A stretch of DNA of 64,000 nt from assembly GCA_976226885.1 (NCBI GenBank), contig OZ320321.1, forward strand, positions 44,764,001-44,828,000, in the 5' to 3' direction. The DNA comes from Iphione sp. A-MEVVRFRX5. Taxonomy: Eukaryota. This document shows positions 48,543 to 62,560 of this stretch, one piece after another (position 1 is the stretch's first letter; every line of letters begins with the position of its first letter). Both the position numbers and the translations under genes were made by a program. The notes under the pieces were generated by a model. The model was not told where the DNA came from. It saw only the letters and a program-made list of their open reading frames with translations, and searched no databases.

Positions 48543-50021
48543 AATGCAACTGGAGAGTAACTCTGCACACACTTACTTATCTACATGCAATCATAATATA
48601 TGGAGCAGCTATGCTGGAGTATGCAATACAAGTAGTGCAGAATAATAATATGCTGTGTAACTTACTTCTCTGTATGACCCTACTCCCCCCTATGTAAGCT
48701 TGGACCCAGAGCTTGAATAAAACTCCTACAACTTCCATGCTAGTCTTTAACTATATTTCTGTACCTACCCACTTCTGTACTGGAAGGGCAGCAATAGCCA
48801 GTAACACACTTAAACAATGGTCTCTAACAATGCCAGCCAAGATAAGGGCCAGTGTAGGTCCTCAGAAACCGGGGAACACCAAAACTTTTTAAGAGAGGGA
48901 GCACCAGTACAAGTGCCAACACTGGAATACTTCTGGAACCGCTACAGGTTCAGAACAGACATCAATACAGCTGTCAACACTGTAACACAGGAGCTCGGTC
49001 CCTCCATGGTTGAAAACCTGCCATGTTGCTGGCTCCATCCGTGCTGGCCACAACAACCTGGCTACTCGAAGCCCTGTCCAACTCTTGAACTCCTTGGCTC
49101 TCTCCACTAGGATGTCTGTGTCCAACCAGCCAGCCACAGCTAACACAGCCTCTGCACTCTTCGTGCTCTTGCTCTTGATCATCCCATCGTGCATTAAACA
49201 TACCCTACACCTTTCCAGTCGTGGCATCTGCATGGGACATACAGATCTTGAGGCCGGGATCTTGTGTGTCAAGTTTGGCATGCAACTGGTGCAGGATGCA
49301 GACCAAGGATGGCCTCACAATCGATGTTTACCACCAAAGCTTGCACGGACAGCATCATTGTTTTGAATTGTTCTTGCACCTCCACCTTGCCTGACACTTG
49401 GGGTGGGCTCCCATCCAAACACAGTACTCTACCTTCCACCGAAACCTCCATCATCAAGGATGAGATACATCATTGCCTTTCAGAACGGCTGTGGTTCCTT
49501 TGAGGTCCTTTGTCTTCAGATCGATCTATATAGCATGATCAATACAAGTGCGGAAGTGGGATGGGTGGGATGGCCCATAGCTGTCCAGTCTCAATCAGCA
49601 AACCCACTTATGAAGCTAGGGGTATGCTACATCGTGCTGCTCCATACCATGTTGTTCTACTGAATGCAGTTCCACATCTGCATACTCAACTACCAGCCTT
49701 TCCACATGGTGCATTCTCCACACTTGTCCATTCACACTGTGCTTTTCCACAAAAATAACTGATTCCGTACCCCTCCCTGTGCATGGGCAAGTTTCTCCTT
49801 GGCAAGGAGGGCAACAATCTTACCGTTATGGCCTGATCTCAGCATATTGAGGCAGACAACTGAGATGTTTATTCCAAACGAAACGCAACTGAGGTGTAAC
49901 TGTACTACTTATATACATGCAATCATAACGTGTGGAGCAGCTATGGTGGAATATGCAATATAAGTCATGAATAATGGTATAGTGAGTAACAAATGCAGAG
50001 TAATTTACTTCTCTGCATGAC
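48543..50021. repeat. Diverged ~135-140 bp direct repeats (48543-48678, 49882-50021) around a 1.2-kb CpG-depleted interior
   Basis: Shared blocks GCAACTG..GTAACT, TACATGCAATCATAA, TGGAGCAGCTATG.TGGA.TATGCAATA.AAGT, TTACTTCTCTG.ATGAC. Confidence 0.7.
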
Positions 50022-50985
50022 AATATTTTACCGGTATCAATGGTGAAGCCTCGTATAATCCATTACTAGAAATGCACAAGCTGCAAACCGAGCAGATAAC
50101 AAGACTGCTGTATGCCAAACAGGTGGCAGTTAAAAATGCACACATCGCAGCCAAGAAAGAAGTACATACATTCATTGTACATGCACATGCAGATATCTCG
50201 TTCATGAAGCCGGCAATAGTCGTTCAGAATAGGGTACGGATAAAGGAAAACACTGGGATGAACAGATTGGTACCCGATTCTCTAAATTCAATCCAGAACA
50301 TTGGTGGAAGGGAAAGATGTCTAGGGAAGGTGTGGTCAGATAAATGTCCAATCAGTGTTTTGTTATATTGATCCGCAGGAAACATGGTTATATATGTACT
50401 CGCCGTCTCCTTTGCTCTATAATGTTCGTTGCGTGGGTTTTTATGCTCCCAGACCGTATAGAGCAAAGCAAACTAAAGCACAGGATAATCCCCTAGCGGT
50501 AATCTATGTACTTGCTGAACAGTATATAGGCCTACTAGAGATTAAATCTATAGGGAGGTTTATACATGAAAACGTATTGATATACATGTGCATGTATTCA
50601 TGTCATATTGAGACTTTTTACCTATTTCGTCTATCAATATCGGCAAATACAGAACGGTAACGAACTTGTGTCGCTTTTGGTCCGAAAACTCAGGTATGAC
50701 TCCAACAACGTACAACTAGTTATAAGTGATAATGATTCGTATAAACACTGATCTGATAGTCGATAGAACAGCTAACGCAATCACCAACATCATTAATGCG
50801 ATGAGTAACATCATTATATGGGCAACTAGAAGACTCGAAAGCTAAAAGCGGAACAGAAATAATTATATACAACAGTACCGATACAGGCACGATAAACGGT
50901 ATAATTTCAAGGTTTCAGGTCTGTTCATAGGCGTCACAAGTCGGTGGAGATTTGCAATTGGAATGTGAAAGCAATAGTAGCTTAC

Positions 50986-51037
50986 CGGGAACCATGCCAG
51001 GGAGCTGATTCGCATCCTCGCTGTGATCCACGGTCAT
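50986..51037 (-). CDS. Candidate first coding exon of the TMC gene (MTVDHSEDANQLPGMVP + g)
   Basis: ATG, 17 codons plus 1 nt, donor gtaagc. Phase 1 matches the phase-1 acceptor at 32689. Lies in a CpG-rich segment (about 50930-51300). Not confirmed. Confidence 0.5.
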
Positions 51038-54000
51038 CGTAAGCCGCGTTGTGGACACACGGGTAGAAGTGCAAAATCGGGCGAAAAATATTCAACTCTG
51101 TTACAAAATATTTGACGATAGCCTATTTTCGTCCAGGGCATCCAGTCTCGGTACACAGGGTGAGTAGAATGCGGCCCTATTGCTCGTCGCGTCCTACTTG
51201 CTACGACGGTATACGTGCCAGGCTGCGGTGCTTACCATGAGCTCAGCAAACAAAACATGCGTGGGGGGTAAGACGTGGACCGAGCAAGGTAGTGCTGAAA
51301 TGCATTAAATATTAATAGCATCGGATCATGAATGTAGGCCCTGAGCAGTAATAAGAAGGTACTCCAGGTAGGCGGAACTCTTGATAGAGATGGAAATTCT
51401 CGCTTATTTTTTAAAGACAAGACTCGAAAATTGTACATCCAAATACGTATATGTATGCGGTCCTTCTGAAAATGGACTTTTTGGTAACTGTTTACGTATT
51501 TACTTTACTGGAATACGCAACTCAAAACATGCTATGCCGCCAACGTTGCCAGGCACGAACAAGCTTGCTGGAAAAGACATCGCTCAGCGAATTTCAAGAG
51601 GGATTACGTCATGGGATTATGCATCAAGTATAACTGGACTTTTCAAAATATTGTCTAGATGAAGAAGACACATCTCGTCGATAGTTTTCCTGTTTCCCCC
51701 TGCCTGGCTGATGGTGTGAGCCACATTAAAGCCCCTGCATTTATGTGGCAATGCCTCAGATTTGTGACGCAATTCTTGGTCCTAGATTCTGTCGGATGGT
51801 AACCACTGATTTGTGTAAAATGGTACAAAACCTGAATAAAATGGCTTGCTTGTTTGAAACAATACACCTGAGTGGATCGCCGTTCTTACTAACACCGAAT
51901 TAAAGACAAGGTCATTCTCTGAGATTTTTTTTCGGAAACTTTATAATGTATAATGTTCCGATTGAAATGGGATTTAATAGAGGTTAAAATTCAATTGAAG
52001 TATGTACCTATTGGGATAGACATATGACCAACTACATGTACATGTTTTGTTAAGCTGCGTAAAAGCCATTACTAACCACAAACATTATTGATGTTGTCAA
52101 ACCAAAATATCTCGCAATCAATGTGTTACGTAAACACGATTACTCATAATTATGACCTATATCGACGCACAATCCAGAAAACGGTTTCGTCTAATAGATC
52201 CCAACAGTACATCTTCCATGTTTACCACTTGGAAGGCCCATGTGCGTGTAAGCGCCTTTACTTGTGTACGTCGGTGAACAGCCCTGGGTTCAAACTACTG
52301 GTGCGTGGCGGCTGTATTGTTCATGAGTAGTCAATTCGTTCCAGACCACGACCTTCTAGTCTCACGTGAAGCGAAAGCCAACCGTCGTGGGTTGCTTGGC
52401 CAAGGTTGCCAAAGCACGTCATAACAAGTACCACGCACCGAAAGCCACCGCCTCCAGTGAACTTGACTCTATGTCTCTTTCGACTCCGCCTGTGGTCAAA
52501 TACATTGTGAGGACGTAACCAAGAACAAAAGCAATAAATCTTATGTGGCGTGTATTTCAAGCTGTAACTACTGGCAGAAGTCAGAGGAGGCCTTCCTCCC
52601 GAAGATGGTGGCAAGATTTATCCCTTTCTGAGTAGTTGTTCATATACATGTACATAGATGAGACACTGTACATATAAATCTCTTCACCATACTGCGTTAC
52701 GTGCTCCTCAGCCAAGATGAGGGTGGGGGAAGAACAGTTTGGTAGATTGGTATTCTTATCAGACAAAGCTGGATATATGAATATTCGTTTAGCAAGTATT
52801 AGGTTGACATGTAATATATGCAACTTTAATAATTTAAGAGCTGAAGAATTTCTGTTGAGCCTTCTTTGTTTATACAGGTGGTGCAAAATATGCAGTGAGT
52901 CAGCCAAAACATAATACAGAGCACGTGAATATAGAAGTGGATGTTACTAAAATATTGTGTTTACTGCTCATCCTAACCATCTTTGTATGAACGATATTAA
53001 TCTTTGCCCTGAATTTATTCCTCCATTTCAAATGTATTTCGCAAGCTGCACCCTCAAAGCTCACAGTGGACAAATAAAGTTCCTGAATACAAAATTCGGA
53101 TCGAACTCATTCAGCTGACCACGTCTGGATAGTATAATACGCAAGGCTCCCGAAGCTGGTTTATCAACAAATTTATATACAACTATGTGAATTCACGAGC
53201 TCACAAACACATATCCACAAATGCAAAGAATCCAAGATGTTATCCAAAGTTTGATTGGTTTGCCTGAGAGGTAAAGTGGAATGGAGTATTTATCTCTGGC
53301 ATAGAATTCTTCCGGACCCCACACCTCAAATTTAGATGAAAATATGTCTGCATCGAGTGCCAGTGGATCCTGAAAACTGAGATCCCCAGGGGTTTAAATA
53401 CCGTGGACTTTTCCTGACTGACCCAATATGTAACCTGTATTATTAATCATTGTTTTATTATCATGTCATATGGGCCGGTTGAGGTGCCTGTCTCCCAAAT
53501 CCATGGATTGACTAGGTCGGACCATATTACACCTGCACACACCTGAGATTAAACACTTTTAAGTCTAGCCTCTAAATGGACATTTCAGTCGGTTGAGGGT
53601 TTTCCAATATTAAGACTCCATACCACTTGAACCATTTTAAGTCCTTATACGAAATCAAATAAACAATACAGTGTACCATAATTATCTTTTTTATACAGAT
53701 GTCCCATCAAGCTTTTTATATACCTGAGTCAAAACCATACTTAGAGCTTCACTCACTGTTTATTAAACATTAGGAACTGTAGCAAACATCACCATGCTTC
53801 AGTTCTGATACCAAAATCCTAAGTGAAATGAATTTAAACACTAATATATGAATTATTCAAATTATATACAAGGGAGACTCACCAATAAACAGGAGGGCTG
53901 GCAACGCCTCACTGGGCAACAATCTCTCCAAGCAAAAAGAGTCATTGATAACTGTTCCATCACCAATGCTCCCATTGTGATGTCAGCATACTGGCTTTGG

Positions 54001-54616
54001 AATTCATCTTAAAACCTACTGACCCCCAGGACAGTGTTGTGGTAACGCACTCAACATTTCATTATTTCTTGTTTGCTTGAGAGGGTAATCATCTGAATAT
54101 TAGAGTAATTGTCAAACGGATTGTGTGTGTCTGTCGAGCAAATCTCGGCAGCTTATAATTAAAAGGATGGGATTAATGAGTCATCACTAAGGCCTCCTAA
54201 GCGAATCAGTAAACATTCCTTTCTAATGTGTCAGTAATTGTTCCTTTCTGCTAAGTGAATGAGCATTCCTTTCTGCTTAGTCACTGAGCAGACAGTGTAA
54301 AGTACAGCTATTTGTTATCCCCAGGTCTGAAGGCTTTCCCTTCAGTGTAACAGTAGCCAACCTGATTAGAGTCACCCCAGAGAGTCTTGGCCTATAATAC
54401 AAATCTACTGCCTCTTTGGTGGGAATTTTTATGTATAGTTACAGTGCATCCTTCCCACAGAAGACAGTAGCAGGACTGGTATATCAAAGCGTCTATAGTA
54501 GGTGGTGTCTGCTCTAGCTGATCTACCCTTGCTACCTCCTGCTGGGTGTGTTAATCCATTCTGGACAGTTTGACACATGCACCTGCGCATGGATACAGAA
54601 CAATCTGCACACATCT

Positions 54617-54690
54617 GTTGAATGTTGAACAGTTGAATGTATGAGACCGTGATGTTGAATGTTGAACAGTTGAATGTATGAGACCGTGAT
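54617..54690. repeat. Perfect 37-bp tandem duplication
   Basis: GTTGAATGTTGAACAGTTGAATGTATGAGACCGTGAT x2. Confidence 0.95.
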
Positions 54691-57600
54691 AAAGCATCTG
54701 TTAAAAGAGAGTAAAAGAAGCCATATACAACTAATGATTACATGTGAAACAGTACAATTATGCTATGTTGTGAATAAGGTACATGTTGTGACTAAGAAAA
54801 GAAGAACTGAGATAGGATACATCCCAGTGTGTACACTCTACAACAAGTTTATTAACAGTTACTGGCATGTAGCCATTTCTTCTTACATAACCTTCGATCA
54901 AACATTCTCAAAGATAAAAGGTTCATGTCATAAAGCAAATTAAGCACACTTTTGCAACACACCAAGACAAGTGGACACATATATTGATGATCAAAAGATG
55001 GCTTGGCATACTGTGGATGTTCAGTATATTATATAACAGTACGTACATCTTAGAGATGCAATAGCCTTTTAATGCCTGCAATTATAAAATATTAAGTCTT
55101 ATAGTCATTCAAGTATCATCATGATAAGTATATGAGTTGTTCCGAACATTGTGTGTATTAATTATTATAAAGATGTAGAATGAGATTAGTTAAACTGTAT
55201 TATAAAAAATCAACATCCAGATGTGAGCAGGGAATGTCACAGCATGTAAAAAGTGTACAGCAAGGTGACTTAAATACCTATTTTGCACAGACTGTGCTAA
55301 GAGAAGACAAGATAGATGAAGAAACAGTGCTTGTCTCTATTATATAACTCAGAACAATGCAATTTATGTTGTACATACTTAACTGCCTTTACATATGTGT
55401 CATGTTCTATTTCTATATTATGTCCAGCTTAACTCTGTATACAGAGAGGACTAATAAACCAATTGAATTGAATCTGAATGACTGCAGTGGTAAGAAAGGG
55501 CTTAAATGTTGGTAAGGGTATTGTTGGCTGTAAACACTGTGAAATCAATGTTTGCGACTGTACAAAGGCTGTTGGCGGAGTGTCCGCAGTGACCAGGGAA
55601 GATTAAACATGAAATAGAGTGTTTCTATTCTGTTCCCAGTGATTTATGTTCATTGTAAGGCCCAGGTTCCATGTATCCATTTTTCCAGACAACATGAGAG
55701 TGCAGAAAATAGGGGAATTTTCTGTAGGACCACAGACACCCTGTTTCCATGTTTATGGGTAATGTAGGCTATGTATGTAATGCATTGTACTGCATCACAT
55801 TGTATTTTATTCAATACAACTCAATGAAAATCATAGCAACTTAGCAGGTCTCTTGTGACTGAATACAATGATAATAATACAGAGCATTTGCATGGATATG
55901 AGGTCTCTTGAGACTGGGATGGGCTGGGTGGGTAAAACTTACCCAGCCCGACAAAACACTCACTGATTATAAATGGACACCACAAGATAATTGCAGTGGT
56001 AAAAAGCCAACACAGAACGGGGCACCACCACTTGCACAATACCTGGCAATACGCTGGATGGCTCCACTATCCTACATACGTCTAGCCAAAGAGTGCCTGC
56101 CCTCCGTGAAAGCCGGCCACTCTCTCGCAGCACAGCTCAGTAAGTCTTTGTCTCTGCTCAGTGCCCACCTCATGGGAGAAGCTCAGGGAGATAGACCATT
56201 GATGAAAAACGTCAAGGAGTTTAGAATGATGCCACAACAGTGGGTGCAATGGGTAGTCAGCATGACTAGGAGCAAAACTACAAACAGTCATAACTTCCTC
56301 GATAATGGCCAGATTTTAATGCAACAAGGCTCATATGAAAGGTAATGACCGAAGAAAGAAACCATGGCTGTCTGGAACCATCAAGAAAGATTCTATGGCA
56401 ATGTAAAATTAAAATGATATTTGTACTAGGAGTGTAAACGTAAAATTCCTTGAAAATGATGCATTTCGGTGATGGGTTCATTGGTTTATGAGTTGACTAC
56501 ATGTATATACATTGTATATAAGGAACAATCCATTGTCAAAAAAATGCATTACACATTCTCTTTGTTACATACAATCCCATTATATTCATTGCTTCTTTTA
56601 TGAGTTAAGTCCTCACAATGTAATTTGATCAGTACTAACAAACACCACTTTGTCACGGCGTTGATGAAAGTTTAGGCACCAGGTTTTAACTTTAGTTAAA
56701 AGGGAAAGTTGTAATCCTGGACAAAATAATGTTAGTGCACCGGTCTGTCCTTGATCCATAACAACAACCAAGGCGCATGTCAAATAACCTTAATAAGGTT
56801 CCTAAATTTTCATTTTAAGAGCAATTTTCTAGCTATAGCTTACATTGATATAGCCAGGCTATAACAATAACAATAATGGGGATGTCCACAGTATAATCCA
56901 GTGAAATGAAATAAGTTTTATTCTTTGGAGGCAAACATATACGCTGTGCAAGAGTTTAGTGAATAGTGACTAAAATCAAGATGTTTTTATACTAACAAGT
57001 CACACGACTATTTCATATACAGAGCAGTAAAGTAATTAATAATAAGTAACTAACACAGGTGACAGGTCAGCGGGCAGAATAATGTAATGGGTGCGATACA
57101 CATATCAAAGAGGAGACAAGAGTCCAAGGCACTTAGAGAAAGTAGCAAATGGTCAGGAATATGATAGAAATATTAGAACTGGTAGATCAAATCAGTTTAA
57201 GTCATTCCAATCAGGAAATATACTCAGATGGCAGTAAGTATCAAGATATTCTTACAGCATCCAGCATTTTGCAGCACCGAGCAATACCGCTACGACCTTT
57301 CTTTCTATGGCATACCCCCTTGACTTAAGCCCATCTCTCAAGACATTTCCGCCCGACCTCTGTAACATAAAATTCGCCAATTAATCCTTGTAACACGGTG
57401 ATGTTATGTAAAGACCTTCGGTGAGTTAGAAACATTCATCTGTATAGTGTACACACATATGCATAAAAGTGCATATGCATTTAACACTTTCATGTTGATG
57501 TGAGTTCCGGTTAATTGCATGTAACTACCTTCGAGAACGGCGAGTGGTGAGATAAGCTTGTGGCATAGATACATAGTTCATAAGATAGCGGTAGTTGTGA

Positions 57601-58259
57601 CCTTTGGTCTGGAAGAAGTCTCCTTTACTTTAGGTCAGAGGTAAATTGATTTTTTTATTGCTGGCTAGCTAGAGGTGACCTTGCTCCGTGCATACCCATG
57701 AAAAACCCACTTTGAACCTACCACTTTCTTCGTCGTACTTTGTTACATCTTGATACGGGTGAAATCAGCCCCTGTTATGAAGTGTATCTTCTTCTGCTTT
57801 GTCCACTTTTAAACAGGAAATGCCAGAAACATTTTAAATTAATTCCCTGACCTTTATCTGACTAGGATGATGTTACATTCAAAATGTCACTTTCAAGTTT
57901 ATTTCTGCTCAAGATTAAGTGCATTCGTCTCCTCCTGTGCAGCACACACCTGGTGTTTGGATTTATTTATAATCCAACAGTTAATTTCAAGTTAGGGCAA
58001 CATCTTTGACACTCAAATTATTTAACCTTCCCTATAAAGAACTACTGATTAGATGCTCACCAAGCAGACAAATTTAGGATGCTAAAACCTCAGGAAGTTG
58101 ATACATTGGTGTTTCATGTAAAGCAACGGTATTTTCTTTCGTTTTTGTTTAAGACAATTACGTGGTAATTGGTCGCAATTCGACCCTGCTAACCTTAACT
58201 AGGCTTTTGTTAAAGTATTGCCGACCCAGCCTCTGAATACTGGCCGGTTTTGGCAATAA

Positions 58260-58897
58260 GGTGGTGTTCACATGTATCCGTATGANNNNNNNNNNNNNNN
58301 NNNNNNNNNNNNNNNNNNNNNNNNNNNNNNNNNNNNNNNNNNNNNNNNNNNNNNNNNNNNNNNNNNNNNNNNNNNNNNNNNNNNNNNNNNNNNNNNNNNN
58401 NNNNNNNNNNNNNNNNNNNNNNNNNNNNNNNNNNNNNNNNNNNNNNNNNNNNNNATGGATCTGTATCCGTAGAAAATCCGTCACTGCTGGATCTGCCATC
58501 TACCGATACGGATCTGTATCCATAGGTACGGCCACATGTGAAGTGTTTACATGATTGCTATGAAATAGGTATTTTTGAATACATGTGAACACAGGTGGGG
58601 TTCATATGGATCCATACCAAAAGTCCATTTATGGGTCTGCAACCATAGATACCCCCTGGGGTATCCATAGGTTAATGACTTGCATGTGGTACCTAGATGT
58701 ATATTAGTATTGCTTCCTATGGAATATGGGTCCATATCCATTAGAAATCTGTCCTGGATGGTTTTTCAATACGCCTACGGGTCTGTATCTGTTTAAAATT
58801 GATGCATGTGAACATATTAGTACAATTGCTATGGGTTGTTCAAATATACGGGTTCATACACCTTTTCGAATAATACGGATACATGTGAACCCCGCCC
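58260..58897. mobile_element. Probable Harbinger-like MITE spanning an assembly gap
   Basis: 18-bp perfect inverted core GTTCACATGTATCCGTAT near both ends; TAA on the left only; internal GGATCTGTATCC-type repeats. Confidence 0.6.
58286..58455. other. Assembly gap (170 N)
   Basis: Direct reading. Confidence 1.
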
Positions 58898-61800
58898 AAC
58901 ACTATCCTCCTTGTGAATGTCTACGGTTGTTTTTTTAGGCATTGGTCCATGCATCTCAGTTGTTATTAGGCTTACACATCGTTGACATCTTTTTCACTAT
59001 AAGTCCTGTCAGTAATGGAAATGACTTAGTTGGATACCCGTTTTGCGCTGCTAAAACTGATGTTTTTTTTAAATCACCGAGATAAAGAATTTCAACAATC
59101 TGGCGTCTGTTCCTCTAACGCTTATAGCAAAATCGAGTGAACAATCTCTGTCATGCTGTAATTCGGGAAGTCGTCATACTAGCTGCACTCAACAAACAGA
59201 GAAGTATGCGTGCGTTTGTTTCATGCAAAAATTACTAGAAGAGCATAGAAGTGTAAAGAAGACGCCCAGAACTACTGAACCATGCATATATATTTAGATA
59301 CATGACGTCCATAACTGTCCCTTTAATGTACACTATATGCTTCTTCTCTCAACAGGTGTCGCATTCGACAGCAAAACCCATACACTATATTCAATATTAT
59401 CACAACCTGTTGCGGTTAATCAGCCTCTAACAAGCACCTCTGCTCGTGCACGCTTCTGGTAATGCTAAATACATATGTGTCCACCCTGCTATGGATTTAA
59501 GATAAACTTAGGTAGGTGTTAGGCTTCTCCAACACATAACTCTTGATATATTCGCACTTTCTCACCAGGTGGCCTCACAGTATCACTACATGTGGTAACA
59601 TTCACACCGGTCCTTGCAGGAAATCTTATCTTACAGTTTCTCAGAACAAGAACAAAAATAATATAAAAGTAATTTTCTATCATGAAAACATTTTGCTACA
59701 TTGGTATTCTGAACAAAACCTTGTCTTAAACTAAAACATTGTTTATAAAAAGAGGCATTTGGACGTGCTTTTTCACTCCTTTTTTGAGGAAATGCTTTTG
59801 ACTAAGGAAATCATTTTGTGCAATTTCTAAATTAACGAGATATAGCCCATCGCCGAAATTCCTTTACATATTTTCAGGTGGCGCCACAAAAATGAACATG
59901 TCGTCTTTGGTGACGAACAGATACCATTGCTAGGTAGACTATGTTGGCCTCATGAGCAATGCAATCATTATCACAATTTCACAGAATATACCAAATATAC
60001 ATATCTATAAGTGTACCAAATTTAGAGAGAACCCAACTAGTCTTTTTTCAAGAAGCTGATGTTCAATGTTTTGAATTGAGAGATGTCTGTCATTTTTTTT
60101 TGTTCACTATTCTTATGGTCTCCTATTATGATGTCATAATTATGGGAAAAATCCCTATACAGTATCAGTTTCTTCAGCCACTGCTCCAAAAATTTTACAA
60201 TTAAATACACCTTTATATTATTTGCATATCATGATCTCCAAAGACTGAACTTTTGTACTACACATGTAAAGTATATGCCAAAAGTACATTTCAAACAGCC
60301 ATTATATGTGTACCAGTGTTCCTATTTCTATAGAGTGAATCACAAACACGATAGCTCACTGACAGCAATAACTAGGTACATTCTGTATCCAAGAGCAGAA
60401 CGTCTAACTACATTGCCACCACATCGTATTTTAGTGGGTTATTATATTGTAAGGACCTTGCAACAACAGCATTAGTCATATTGGTAGGTCAGAAGAGGAC
60501 TTTGTGACAACATTGCAGTTAAAAAGTAAAACAAATGAGAAAGTTATATGGACATTAGCTTGTTTCACTCTGGCAGTGTCAAAATATATATTGCAGCAAA
60601 AATTTTACATGAGTTTGTGATGACTAACCATTATGCACAGTAAACACTTTGTGCAATATTTTGTCATTCTCCTATTGTATTGTTTCTTGCCATGACTTTT
60701 ACATATATTGATAAAAGTGATAAACGATTGTGTAATTTTATAAAAAGTGATTAAATTGCGAGCCAATGAACCAAATGTGCATGGTGTGAAAGTCACGGTA
60801 TGAAATGAAACAGGTTTAATATAACCGGGAATAAAAAGTCATATAAAATCGTTTCCATTTTATTCCCGCCTTATGTGGTTTTCTGGTCATTTTGAATCTT
60901 TCCTATTTCATTCCGTAGACATTTCGTACCTTGGTTATTTTATTGCCTGTGGAATTCGGATCCTGGCAGGAGTATAGAAAACTGCTGAAGGAAACATATG
61001 AGGAGTGAAGTGATTAATGTACAATCTAACAGGAAAAGGATGAACTTTTCGAGGAGATCAATGGTCAAGGAGCAAAATGGCTAAGTTATAGTCATGATAC
61101 TAAATGATAGGTGCAGAAGAGTAAGAACTAAATTAGGTCATGTTACAGCTCGTCTGTAATGAAACCTGGTCCTATAATTTTCTATTTTGAACCTCAAAGA
61201 TTTAGCAGCCATTTCATGCCTTGGGCAGATCATAGCCTCTCTAATTCAGGCACTAAAGAACAAAGTCATTTATATTATTGTCAGCGCCTGAATTAAGGAA
61301 GGTACGAGATATGAAATGGCCGTGCCTGGAGTGAAATTGCTGAGAAGCATGCATGCATAAAATTTATATACCTTGCAAGTTGAGTGAATACATCAGGTGC
61401 CATGGGCTGCAAGACTGTCACTAAGTGCCGACCATCTCTCTGTTGTGTTACTTTCAACCAACTGTTATTTCCTCACGACTTTAGTGTAGGATGAATGTAG
61501 TGACCCAATTCCTATTGCAAATAGTACAAGGCTAGATATGACATCATCATGCCTATTTACAGCAGCCATCAGCTTTTCTGTAGCATCCACCTTTGGTCTG
61601 TGGATGAGCTGCTCGCAAATCTGGTTGATGCTGTTCCCAAACCAACTTGGCTATAGTAATACTTAAGGAGGTCAGCAGTATATTGGAGGCCGTATAAGGC
61701 CATGACTTTATGACGGAGGATCTGCAAAAAGTCTTGGAAGTTGTGAAAATGTCTTGGAAGTAAGGGTGGCGTTTTGAGAAGACATGTAAATCATTGGGAC

Positions 61801-62188
61801 AGGCCAGTTCAGTCATGGAGGTTAAATTGCATCCCCAAAAGATCACTAATCTGCCTAGTTCTTGCATTTCAGATTGGACATTTGATAAAAATTTACTAAT
61901 ATTTCAGAATGTCAGAGATAGCAAGGGTTTAATCATTGCATTGGCTAAACGTTTTCCTACATTGCAGTTGCTTTCTCCTTTTATGAGGATGTTTAGATGT
62001 TTTAGATTTCAGTACATGTACCAACATCATATGTCTTGAGTGGTCCCATGTCTATTATACGGGGATACACCGCTACAGCGCAGTTTCTTTTGCCGTTCAT
62101 GACGTCATAATAGACTTGCGACAAGTCTGGGGCAGGAAATGCCTATATACGCACAAAACTTGTTTGTTCGTACCTGCCGCCCCTGCCG

Positions 62189-62560
62189 ATGCTGCTGCTT
62201 AAATCCATACAAGTACCAGTAGTGGAAGCATCAGCGGCAGTGAAAGGATTCGCAACAGATCCGTAAACAGACTACCCGATTTGTTTGGACACTGATGTGG
62301 AGGTGATAATGGTATGTGAACACAAGTTCCACCATCACTGTATATCGCAGGTGTGTGGAACTCTTCGAAAGTGTCCCCTTGGTTAAACACCAATGAGGAT
62401 ACAACCCAGGATCTTGCCTGGAATAAACAAAAAAACTGTGCAAGAACCACCATCACCACCAGGGATGGCAGGTCTAGGCAATATTCGTGTTGTCGACACT
62501 AACAGGAATGATTCTGAGGAAAATGATAATATACCTTTATGCTATCATGACATTGAGTAA
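62189..62560 (+). pseudogene. Intronless RING-H2 finger pseudogene (124 codons, 2 in-frame stops)
   Basis: One frame reads MLLLKSIQVPVVEASAAVKGFATDP*TD(Y)PICLDTDVEVIMVCEHKFHHHCISQVCGTLRKCPL(G)*TPMRIQ...YHDIE*. The spacing fits RING-H2, with ligands 1 and 8 mutated (TAC, GGT; each one base from Cys). Confidence 0.7.

Noticed and set aside
60954-60965. GAATTCGGATCC, which looks like a vector polylinker
   Set aside because: Only 12 bp with no flanking vector sequence; compatible with chance.
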